This document shows, one piece after another, positions 1 through 11,990 of a stretch of 64,000 nucleotides of DNA. The DNA is taken from NCBI RefSeq assembly GCF_009914755.1, contig NC_060939.1. One strand, 5' to 3'. The notes under the pieces were generated by a model that was given only the letters and a program-made list of their open reading frames with translations, was not told the origin of the DNA and did no database searches. The DNA comes from the human T2T-CHM13v2.0 reference genome, Homo sapiens. The translations under genes were made by a program, and so were the position numbers. How positions within the stretch are numbered: the first letter of the stretch is position 1; the number at the start of each line of letters is the position of its first letter.

Positions 1-396
1 GTGAGGACAGCCCTTTGTTACATGGAGAAGACAAGTCTAGATACATACCTTCCTCAGCCACACACATACCCACCATACATATGAAATACACAGACATGGT
101 ACATTATTATTACTTTACAATCAACTAATCTCCAGTATTTATGGTGTGATTATAAAATAAATAAAAAAATGTAAAACAACAGTTATTTCAACTTTGTAAA
201 TTTGCATGAGCAGAGCAGCTAAGAACAAATAATCCTGAAAATGTATCACATCTAAGTGACAGTGTTTTATATATTGGCAAATAGTAGTCCAAAGTATAAT
301 TACAGAGTCTAAAATATAATTACAGAGCTTCTGAGACATTATGCTTTATGAAAATTGATCATTTAAGAACATAGGTTTGCCCGAATTGAGGACGGT

Positions 397-585
397 ATCT
401 TACATTCTCAAAGAAATTCATGGGATAAATATTTTAATATATATTTTTGGTGTGTACCGGATCTTACATTCTCAAAGAAATTCATGTGATTAATATTTTA
501 ATACATATTTTTGGAGGGTACTGTAGCTTACATTCTCAAATAAATTCATATAATAAATATTTTAATAAAGATTTTTGGTGTGTTC
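397..585. repeat. Tandem repeat, 3 diverged copies of a 64-bp unit
   Basis: Unit (a)tcttacattctcaaagaaattcat...atatttttggtgtgt starts at 397, 461 and 525 (period 64). Confidence 0.9.
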
Positions 586-809
586 ATTACATGTCAGGCA
601 CAATCTGATGCACTATAAGCTTTTCGGATTCCATCAGTGTTTACGCTATCCAAGGTGAAAATAATGAAAACCCTGGGTAAAATGTTCTGTTATAAATATA
701 TACAGAGAGAAACTGTCGTAAGGGTATGATCAATGGAACCCTGAACCTCTACAAGCATTGCAGAAGATATGGAATTTGCATCAATACTTAAATATGCTGT
801 AGCTCTGTC

Positions 810-1360
810 CGTTCGTTTATTCATTTACTCATTTAATAAGTATGTATGAAATGCCTATTATGTGCCCGGCACTGATTTGGTTCTAGGAGTACAGCAATGA
901 ATGACCCAGGATAAGTCCATGCCCTCCTACTGCTCACAGGGAAGTTGAATTCCAACGAGGGCAACTAAACTGGACTTGGTTAGTCTGAGAAGGCCACCAG
1001 GAGGAAGTGACGTCTGAAGCATCCCACAACGTGAAGGACAAGGAGCAGCCGAGCAGGTGAAAAGTGGGAAGGTTCTGAGAGTGAGGGTTGTCCTTAAAAG
1101 AGTATTCTCAAGTGAGGGAATAGGCGATGTGAAGGCCAGGAGGTGAGAGGAAGCAAGGGCTACTCTAAAAACTGGGAGAAGTTCAGTCTCTCTGAAGTGA
1201 GGGTGAGATGGAGAGAAGGCCAGGTCATGTAGAACCAAGTTAAAGATCTGAATATATCTTTCATGGCAATCAGAAACTATGACCACGCTTTAGATAAGCA
1301 AGGGGTGATCAAATTGTCATTTCATAAAAATTACTTTATTGTAGTCTAGAAGAGTACTCT
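810..1360 (-). mobile_element. LINE L2 3' fragment
   Basis: ttcatttactcatttaataagtatgtatgaaatgcctattatgtgcccggcactg is the reverse complement of the L2 3' end; continues as purine-rich degraded L2. Confidence 0.7.
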
Positions 1361-1525
1361 CCAAACATTTTCATCACACACTCCCATCAGTAAACATTTT
1401 TGAACCCATCTCAAATACAAGAATATTTCTTTCTTTACTTATAAACATTATACTGGTTCTGTTGTGCTAATATATTAAGTTTATTTTTAAACAATACACA
1501 AAATTAATATGCAAAAGAATGAGCT

Positions 1526-2332
1526 CTTTGTCAGATGGGTAGATTGCAAAAATTTTCTCCCATTCTATAGGTTGCCTGTTCACTCGGATGACAGTTTCTT
1601 TTGCTGTGCAGAAGCTGTTTAGTTTAATTGGATCCCATTTGTCAATTTTGGCTTTTGTTGCCATTGTTTTTGGTGTTTTAGTCATGAAGTCTTTGCCCAT
1701 GCCTATGTCTTGAATGGTATTGCCTAAGTTTTCTTCTAGGGTTTTTAAGGTTTTAGGTCTTACATTTAAGTCTTTAATGCATCTTGAGTTAATTTTTGTA
1801 TAAGGTGTAAGGAAGGGATCTAGTTTCAGCTTTCTGCATATGGCTAGCCAGTTTTCCCAACACCATTTATTAAATAGGGAATCATTTCCCCATTGCTAGT
1901 TTTTGTCAGGTTTGTCGAAGATCAGATGGTTGTAGATGTGTGGTGTTATTTCCGAGGCCTCTGTTCTGTTCCATTAGTCTATATATCTGTTTTGGTACCA
2001 GTACCATGCTGTTTTGGTGCTGGAAACCATCATTCTCAGCAAACTAACATAGGAACAGACAAACAAACCCCATATGTTCTCACTCATAAATGGGAGTTGA
2101 ACAATGAGAACACATGGACACAGGGAGGGGAACATCACACACCGGGGCCTGTCAGGGGTGGGGGTTTAGGGGAGGGATAGCATTAGTAGAAATACCTAAT
2201 GTAGATGATAGGTTGATGGGTGCAGCAAACCACCACAGCACGTGTGTAACTATGTAACAAACCTGCACATTCTGCACATGTATCCCAAAACTTAAAGTAT
2301 AATAAGAAAAAAATAATTTTAAACATTTTAAA
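1526..2332 (+). mobile_element. 5'-inverted (twin-primed) L1PA7/8-like insertion
   Basis: 1526-2017 is minus-strand ORF2 ([11 protein letters not shown]...KIDKWD); 2018-2332 is plus-strand 3' end and A tail; TSD aaaagaatgagct at 1513-1525 and 2333-2345. Confidence 0.92.
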
Positions 2333-2489
2333 AAAAGAATGAGCTAATTTTGAAATGTGTCTTAGAAATTTTAAAACAGAATTTCATTTTTTAAACCCAC
2401 TGATGCCTTCAATTTCAAATTGTAGATGTTTGTTTTTACATAGAAGATGGTTGGTTTTGGTACGTCCTGCTGCTCATCATTGCATCATT

Positions 2490-2760
2490 TTTATCACATA
2501 TCATTTCAGTGAGGCCTTCCCTGACCATCTCATTTAAAATTATAAACCCTTCCCTGTCATTCCCCATCTCTCTTCCCTGCTTTATTTTTCTCCTATTACT
2601 TTTGAGTGCCCTATGTGATTTACTTATTTAGCTTATTATGTCTCTTTCCCCTCTTCCCCATGAGACCAGAGACCTGTCATTTTGTCCACTGTCATATGCC
2701 CTGGGCCTGGAATACTGCTTGGCCTGTAGTAGGTGCTCAAGAAATATTTGTTGCATGAAT
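2490..2760 (+). mobile_element. LINE L2 3' end
   Basis: gaggccttccctgacc...gcctgtagtaggtgctcaagaaatatttgttgcatgaat, typical L2a terminus. Confidence 0.75.
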
Positions 2761-5700
2761 AGGGTGAAGGTCGTTATCGCAATTGTGGATATTAACTCAT
2801 ATTTCCAATAATCATATTGATAATTTTGAGCCTTTTTGCCTGAATTTGTATTCAACTTGTGTGAACTATGATGCCTTCAATTAGGAATAAGAGGAATGCT
2901 TGCCTGTGCTTGCATTGCTCATGTATCTTCATACCACAGTTTTCCTTTTAAAACCAGAGGGTCAGGTTGTGAGGGTTAGCTTAGCTAGAACTAGATAGTG
3001 TTATCTGGAAGCCTAACTGGGTAAGTGCAAACCATTATATGCTGGGAGAGGCTGAGTGCAAATGTGGGCAGGAGGGCCCCCCTGCCCTGTGGAGGCCACA
3101 GTTTGCTCTGTCTCCCTCTTGAGCTGGGATGCACAGCCCAAGAGGGAGGTTGGTCTGAGTGAGGTTGTTAGTGTCAAACCATATATTAAAGTATTAATAA
3201 AGATTGATTTCCATTAATTTTTAGATACGAATCAATGTAAGTAGAATTCCTACTGTGTTCTCTCACTTCAGTGGCCCACTGAGTGCTTTCAAGAGAACCA
3301 GGAGAGAGATTGCATCGAGGGCCTGGCTGAGGGCAGCAGAAGGGTAAGGACTGATCAGCTTCACCTGAGGAAGTCTGGGTGGGCAGTCTTCCAGGCATTC
3401 CAATTTGAAGGGTTCAACCCTTATTGGGAAGTATTTTTCTGCTATGCTTATTGTTTTTAAAAGTTCAAATAGGCCACACCCTTCATCTATTACACCACTA
3501 CTTTGCCAATGTGTAAAACAAGTCACTGACATGTGACAATGAACATTTTTAGGATTGTCTGTTGTTAACCATCTCTGCTTAGCAGAGAACAAGTAGACTG
3601 AAGCTTACAATTATATGTATAGAGATTTGCCCATGGTGAGAATTACTACAATTTAGAATGTGTTTCTAATAGTTCCCATTCCTATACTGTGGTCTATGAG
3701 GAATGATATAGGTGGGCTCTTACTTGGCACAACATTTCTTTGGGTTCGTTCACAATCTGAGCTCAGGAGAAACTGATTTTGTCTTAATAAAAATTCTATG
3801 GAGACCATGGCCTTGATTCACTTCAACTGCTGGAAGTACAATCGATATTCTGAAATAGGCAGGTAAAGCATTTCCTATTTTAAAATTGCTTGTATTATCT
3901 TCCTTTTTATTTTTAAAACACATATTTTTGTTGGGAAGCAGATACTTTGCCACTCATTCCAGGTAAACGGTGAATAGTTGATTGTATCTGCCTAATTCCA
4001 GCTGATGAAGACCATGCTCAACAGAAAGAATGGTGCTAGAAATAAGTAGTTTTAAACTTGTGACTTGGCAGCACTATCTACTTCTGAAGGAGGTGGGCCA
4101 TTTGTAGTTTACCCACCGCATAGATTTTGTACAAAAGCCTGAGTTAACTGGTCCCACATTTATTGAAATGGTCTTCTAACATCTCTTACAGATTGATACC
4201 ACCTCCACGAACAGCCTTGCTGTTGGTCCTGTAATCCAGCTACACAGGGATAGTTTTAATGAGTTGTTAAAGTCCCTTGTCGCCTTGAGACCCAATTATT
4301 CAAACTCAGGGACTGTAATCTAATTGAATCATTTCAATAAGAAATTATGATTTTCATCTAAGTTTTAATGTAATGCACTCCAGTGGATTACACTGAGGTT
4401 ATTCCAGCATGCTTTCAACTTTTGCAATAAAGACATCTCTATAGTCACAAAGCAGGGCCAAATCCTCATATGTAGCTAAGTTCTTTCAAAGTGGAGGGCA
4501 CTCTTTTACCTAGTCTCTTTCTGAGTGTGCTTCTATGCCATGTTTGCCCAGTTCATGTACATATGTGCATGAAACAGGACCAGTACACTGAGCTTTTTAT
4601 GAAGTGGTATGTTGCATACGTGCTGAGTGATCTGGACTGTGCGGAGCTAAAGCATTCATTTGGCCATCTTGGCAATCAATACTGACCACCTCGACTGTAT
4701 GCTTCAGTCTGGAGTCTGCATTAATTACAAGGGTGACCACAGTGAAGAATCAACTGTATCAGGATTCTATTTATATTTTTCAGATGGGCACAATGTCTTG
4801 GTCAACATTTAACATGGACTGTGCTCTGAAAATCTGAGCTATAATATTATAACTCATAAATTCAATGGGCAAGGGAGAGAAACAAATAAAAACTTAAGGG
4901 TCCCAATTTCCATAATAAAGTATACATAAGACTATATTTGTGCTATAATTTTGTGATTTCTAACATTTTTCTTATTGTGGTAGAAGGTACTTCTACAACT
5001 TGGACCGAAATTTCAAAAAGAGAAAAAACATTAATCATATGCTAATTAGCATGTATCATTAAATGTTATAGAGTGAGACAGGAAGCCTTCCTCCTTATAA
5101 ATGGCTCATTCCATTTCTTCTACACTGTCAGATATTTGGCCATTTCTCTCTCTGTCTTCTCTCTGATTCCGTTCTTTGCTGTGCAGACTGCAAAATATAA
5201 TAACTTCTAAGCAGTGTGTAAAACAAAGTGCTCAATTCACTTTATTAAAATATCCAATAATAATTGATTTAAAGGCAATAAAATGTGTTCATTAGAGGGT
5301 TTATATTCAAGAAATATTGAAAGTATACCTAAAACTGTCACTTTTATTGTGAATGAACAGGATAATATAATTTGAAAAGAGTGTGATCATACTAAAGATT
5401 TGTCCTGCAGCATTATCTGATAGCTCGTAAAGTGCTGAAATTTAATATGATGCTTTCAGTCAGTTTAATTGAAATGTAATTGCCACTTTGGGCAGAAGGT
5501 TTAGATCTGATCAATAAAATATTAAAGATTTTGTGCTTTCGCTTGGAACAGCTCCTTTAGTGATGCATCAAGAGGACCCTATATTTTCGGAAATATTTGT
5601 TTGTTGTAGTTCACACAGTGCTCAATATCACTTTCTAATCTGAAAGTTTTAATGTGCTGTGCAGACAAATAGTGGAAATAATAAAGCAATAGTTGATCCA

Positions 5701-6921
5701 TTTAATTACAACACGATGAAAGAAATAACGGTCACCTTCAGATTCATGAGAAAGGCATTAATGTAAAAGAGCAATAAATATTTTGAAATGTCAAACCTCA
5801 GAAAGACAGAGTCCAACTTGAGCTGGGTTGTAAATCAGACTGAGGGAAAGACCTTGAAAAAAAGATGGTTCTTTGGTGTTTTAGAAATAATTACTAATAC
5901 AAAAAGGGTAATGATGAAACTATAAATTACATTAAAAAGGGCCATTAGAGGAGGATTAGTTTATAAAGCTGAGAGGTGGTTCTTAAAATTGTCCTTCTGG
6001 TTATTTCTACTTTTCATTTTATTCAGGAACCCCCTGCTCAATTATCTGATTATTAATAAATTAATTGATCACTACTTTGCAGTTCAAATGCTAAAGTCAA
6101 CTTTCTTCTTTTCAGAGATTCCCATGGGATTTCCATATTACTTATATTTTAGGAAGGAAGAAAGTTGAAGATTTCTTAAGATAGGTGAATAGTAAACTGA
6201 AGAGTAACTTTAAGCTAAGTTATGTCTTTACTAATATGTCTTAAAATTATGATTTCTTTTAGATCACTATGTTCCAAAGATGACTTTGATATTCCTGTGG
6301 CTATAATGCTTTCCAAATGACCTTTGGCATAATTCTTTTTCTAATGATCCCTTATTTCCTGTAGAACTTTTCAATAGCTTCATGTTTGGGAACATATATT
6401 TCTTTACTCACCACTCTCCTATGAGATTCTAAGTTCAATAACATGGTATGTTGTTTTATTTGGTTCATTATATCTCTGAAGTATAAATATGTTTTTTGTT
6501 TACAACCATATCTAGTTAACTGCATAACAAGACTAGTTATCTGTAATGACCTAATCACTCTTTTCTTCTCTATCCACCTCTGTCCCAGATTTCTCTTAAT
6601 TGCCTGAAATCACTATAGTTTTTAATCTTACTACCTTATTGCAATAGATCATTTTATTTTGAAGTAGACACATTTTTTTCCTGTGACCAGTCAAAAAAAT
6701 TGTATTTTTGTGATATTTAGATGCTGGACATGTAAAGGACATTTAGATTATGGACCCTGGGAATACAACAATGTCTAAGAAAAACATTCCTAGCTCCAAG
6801 GAACCTAGTTTCTAGTTGCTGAGAGACAATAAACATACATACATAAAGAAGGCAAATTAAATTCATGACAAATACAGCACTATGAAGGAGATAAAATAGT
6901 TTAATTGGGAGTGGGTGACTG

Positions 6922-6971
6922 GTGTGTGTGTGTGTGTGTGTGTGTTTATGTGTGTTTATGTGTGTGTGTGT
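6922..6971. repeat. (TG)n microsatellite, interrupted
   Basis: Direct reading. Confidence 0.95.
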
Positions 6972-7702
6972 TTGTATACTAGCAGCTTTGGCTCCTTTTC
7001 TGAGGAGGTAGCATTTAATGACAACAGGAGGCAGCCTTGTAAGGATTTTGGAGAAGGCATTCCAGGCAGATGAAATAACAAATGTAAGAATACTAAGACA
7101 GGCATGAGCCTGATTTTAGGGTACATGCAGAATATTAGTGAGGCACTTATGCAGTAACCAAGGTGAATACTGGGAAGAAATGACATCAAAAGGGAGGCAG
7201 GGATGAGATCATGTAGGGTTTTGTAGGCCATAGTGAGAAGTTTTGACTTTATTTAAGTACAATGAGAAGCCATGGGAAGGACTTAAGCAGAGGCAGGCAG
7301 GTAGTAATGGAATGTGTATATGTGTGCCTATTGGGAAAACCAATAGGTTTGCTTGGTCCCTGTTAAGTTACAGATGCCAATTGTGATATATCAAGGAGGC
7401 ATTTGGATATATCAAGTGATATATCAAGGAGGTAGTTGGATCTAGGAGGTTAGAGCTCAAAGAGAGGTCTTAACTTGGAATATAAATTCAGTTTTATTAA
7501 CATATAGATGATACTGGAAAATAGATGGGATTATTTGAGAGATTATAGGTAGAGAAGAGAGAATCAAGGAGAGGGCCTTGGTGATCACTAGAGATCTAGA
7601 TTTAGATCTGACAGAACAGGGGAAGCCAAGAAAAAAGATTGAGAAGGTGTGACCAGTGACAGTGAAAGAAAATTAGGAAAGTGTGGTATTATTGAATGTG
7701 AG

Positions 7703-7882
7703 ATAAAGAAAATGTGGCATATGTACACCATGTAATACTGCTAAGCCATAAAATGGAACAAAATAATGGCCTTTGCAGTGACATAGATGGAGATAGAGGC
7801 CATTATTCTAAGTAAGGTAACTCAGAAATGGAAAACCAATATCATATGTTCTTACTTATAAGTGGGAGATAAGCTATGAGGA
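7703..7882 (+). mobile_element. Internal L1 (L1PB/L1MA-like) fragment with no 3' tail
   Basis: ataaagaaaatgtggcatatgtacaccat...cttataagtgggagataagctatgagga matches the ORF2 end / 3'UTR start. Confidence 0.8.
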
Positions 7883-8010
7883 TAAGAAGATGGTGTTTAA
7901 AGTAGGTCACTGTAGATCACTGAAGACCTGATTCCTTCAGTGGAGTGATAGAAAGGATTTGGTGCATTGAGAAGAGATTGGGGAGATAGAAATTGGAGAC
8001 AGTGAATATA

Positions 8011-8855
<845 letters not shown>

Positions 8856-9478
8856 GAAGGCATTAAACAGACAGCTTTGAGGAGAGAAAAATTTAATTTA
8901 ATAGGCACACAAATTATCATCATCATGTATTAACTTTGTAATCATTTATTAAGATTTGTAATCATAAATAAAGGGAGTCATTAAGTGTGGATACGTGATT
9001 TTCTCCAGCAATGCTCAATGATTTGTTTGCAGACATTGATTAAATAAGTTAATCAGTGTTGATGCATTGCCAGCTTAGTACAAGGAGGGCAAATGGGGCA
9101 AATGGGGCAAGTTAAGGATGTTCACAAGGGTGTGAGTATAGTGACCGTGCAATCTAGGCTGGATTAGGAGGAAATTGAGAAAGTCAGTGGCAAGCTGGAG
9201 AGTGAAATAAGTGGTGGGAACCACTCTCACTAAAGTCATAAAATTATGACAGTATTAGCATAAGTGAACTGAAAGGATATATAATGATAGAAGATGATTT
9301 CCAGAATTTTTTTTCTTCTGGAACATAGAAAGGAACTAAAAAGTATTAGGGCCTTCTGTCCTATGGATATATAATGTGCTTAAACCTATTGATTTTCACA
9401 AATAGTGAAATATATGCAGGTAGGATATATCAGGGAGAAGAGGTGTCAATATAAGCAGCTTATCTGAAGCATGTCCCT

Positions 9479-9891
9479 TGAGATAGTGTGGAGGTCCCTT
9501 CCAAATCTCACGAGATATAATCCCCAGTGTTGGAGGTGGGGCCTGGTGAGAGGCGTTTGGATCACGGAGGCAGATCCCTCATGAATGACTTGGGCCATCT
9601 CCTTGGTGCTAAGTGAGTTCTTGGTCTTAGTCCACATGAGATCTGGTTGTTTTTAAGTGTGTGGCAGCTCCCCACCTCCTCTCTCTTGTTCCTGCTTTCC
9701 CCATATGATGTGCCTGCTCTCACTTTGCCTTCCGTCATGCTTGTAAGCTTCCTGAGGCCTCCCCAGAAGCTGATGCCAGAGCTATGCTTCCTGTACAGCC
9801 TGCAGAACCATGAGCCAATTAAACATATTTTCTTTATAAATTACCCAGTCTCCAGTATTTCTTTATAGCAATGCAAGAACGGCTTAATACA
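9479..9891 (+). mobile_element. MSTA-like MaLR solo LTR
   Basis: TG...CA termini, 3' end ctttatagcaatgcaagaacggcttaataca, 5-bp TSD tccct at 9474-9478 and 9892-9896. Confidence 0.9.
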
Positions 9892-10723
9892 TCCCTCAAC
9901 TCATAGGCCCCTGTAGACCTCAGTTTTATACCTGGAGGACCCTTTTGCTAACAGATGACTGTTGAGGTTGCTAGGAAGGCTCTGTTTATTCATTTCCTCC
10001 ATTCCTACATGGTTGTTGACTGTAAATACCCTGGGGACTTTCACACAGAGTTTTGGAGTAGGTCATGCTGAAGATCTCTGAAACTTCAGTTTCAGCTGTT
10101 AACAGTACGATCTCAGCTGGCAGCACAGAAAGTCTCTTGGATCCAAGGGATTCCAGACAAAAGCAAAGGTAAAATTAGAAAGTGAACCCTAAATATGCAG
10201 ATGGAAAAGGCACATGTTTAAAATTATTGACCAGAGGTATATAATAGAGTGTTTCTTCCCTGAGACCCTATTTTTTGAGCTCACTAGGTTATTTCTTTTT
10301 TCTCACTTACTTCTTAAGTTCAGCCACCCTGGAAAAATAAATGATAAACCACAAATCAATTCAGTTTTAACAACAAAATGACCACCTGGTTCATAGCTTT
10401 GTACTAGGCATCAAGATATAGACCAATAAAAGTTGGTAAGAGATATGAGCCCAACTTGAAGAAGTTTACAGTCTAGTGACCTAACAACTGAATAATTTCC
10501 ACCCCATCACAGTCAATAAATATTGAAAACCCACAGCAACAAATGTGTAAAGGGTACTATTCTTGTTTGCTCCTGGGAGACAACTCATTGTGCAAATTAA
10601 GAATCCAGAGAGTCAGGATAAAGAACCAGAAATATTGTTAAACATTCTGGGAGACTGAACTAGAGCTACAAGGAGCTTGCTGAGCACCGAATGGACAGAG
10701 TCATATTGCCTGTCATTCCTAAC

Positions 10724-10760
10724 CGTGTGTGTGTGTTTGTGTGTATGAGTGCGTGCGTGT
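10724..10760. repeat. (TG)n-type microsatellite
   Basis: Direct reading. Confidence 0.85.
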
Positions 10761-11390
10761 GACTGACTTAAGTTTTGGCTTCATAGAATTAGTCTATTAA
10801 ACACATTATTATGTTTATGATAAGGATATTGTTCATTATATAACCCAGCACCTCATTTGTGTAAACATTTACAATTTCTAGTTGGTTGCATACAAACTAG
10901 TTGGACCTATTCATGAAAATTGGCTCATTCTATCATGTATTCTGAAAATTGTAAGGTGGCTTAACTTTTTTTTCAGTTGGCTGCCAGAAATCTTGGAGCC
11001 AAATTTACGGCCCATCTCTAACAAGCATATAGACTCCATAATATGTTATTGCTAGCTTCCTTTTTAAAAAAGCAGAACACGTTAATCAACACATCATTCA
11101 ATCATTCAATCAATCAATCACCTTCATAAATAGGAGGCTAATGGCTCAAAGTGCTTTGGAATCCCATGGAAGCTGAAACCTGTACACAAGCCTACAAGAC
11201 CTTTCTAAACCGCCTTAGAGCTCTGCTAGCCTAATTCAGAGCTTCGATACCTCCCCAAACTCCTGTATTCAGATTCTCTCCTGTAATAACTTGAGGATTG
11301 TCCAGCTAATGCTGACGTTATTTGTCCTTGCCTTCTCAGAAGCAGGCCTGATTTAGAGTTTGAATTTGTTAGGACTCCACAACTACTTTC

Positions 11391-11542
11391 TTTTTTTTTT
11401 TTTTTTTTTTTTTGAGTATTTTATTTTCTGTTGTATCAATTCAAGATGTACAACATGTTTTGATATAGATATCTATAGTGAAATAATTACTACACGCTAG
11501 CCATTTAACTTATCCATCACTGTTTGCAGTTTATTTTTTTCG
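11391..11542 (-). mobile_element. Short L1MA-like 3' end with T23 tail
   Basis: gtacaacatgttttgatatagatatctatagtgaaataattactac; degraded TSD ccacaactactttct (11377-11391) / ccacactctactttct (11543-11558). Confidence 0.7.
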
Positions 11543-11625
11543 CCACACTCTACTTTCTAAAGGGCATGCTAAACTTCTGGAATTCGTATTTGAAGCTCCT
11601 CATAGGATTTTTTTTTTTTTTTTTT

Positions 11626-11990
11626 GGTGAGCAACAAGGCTGTTTATTTCACCTGGGTGTAGGCAGGCTGAGTCCGAAAAGAGAGTCAGCGCAGGGAGAT
11701 AGGAGTGGGACCGTTTTTTGGGTAGGTAAAGGAAAATTACAGTCAAAGGGGGATTGTTCTCTGGCGGACAGGAATGGGGGTCACAAGGTGCTCAGTAGGG
11801 GAGCTTTTGAGCCAGGATGAGCCAGGAGAAGGAATTTCACAAGATAATGTCATCAGTTAAGGCAGAAACAGGCCATTTTCACTTCTTTTGTGGTGGAATG
11901 TCATCAGTTAAGGCAGGAACCGGCCATCTGGGCATATACGTGCAGGTCACAGGGGATATGATGGCTTAGCTTGGGCTCAGAGGCATGACA
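11626..11990 (-). promoter_or_regulatory. LTR7 U3-R (3' end), polyA signal AATAAA at 11643-11648
   Basis: Starts tgtcatgcctctgagcccaagctaagccatcatatcccc; duplicated ttaactgatgacatt block; ends gttgctcacc then polyA. Confidence 0.93.

Noticed and set aside
397-585. CRISPR-like repeat-spacer array
   Set aside because: The whole 64-bp unit is repeated with no unique spacers; primate DNA with no cas genes
7383-7443. Short tandem duplications (gtgatatatcaaggagg x2; also gggcaaatg x3 near 9087 and aatctgatttaa x2 near 33006)
   Set aside because: Ordinary slippage duplications inside old repeats
11391-11595. Second polyT as a 3' transduction tail of the HERV-H retrocopy
   Set aside because: It belongs to a short L1MA fragment with its own degraded TSD (11377-11391 / 11543-11558); no matching TSD beyond 16732
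11596-11610. TSD (minus strand aaatcctatg...) resembling the LTR7 TATA region aaatcctataaaa
   Set aside because: Similarity is only ~9 nt and the flanks are not LTR-like; treated as coincidence
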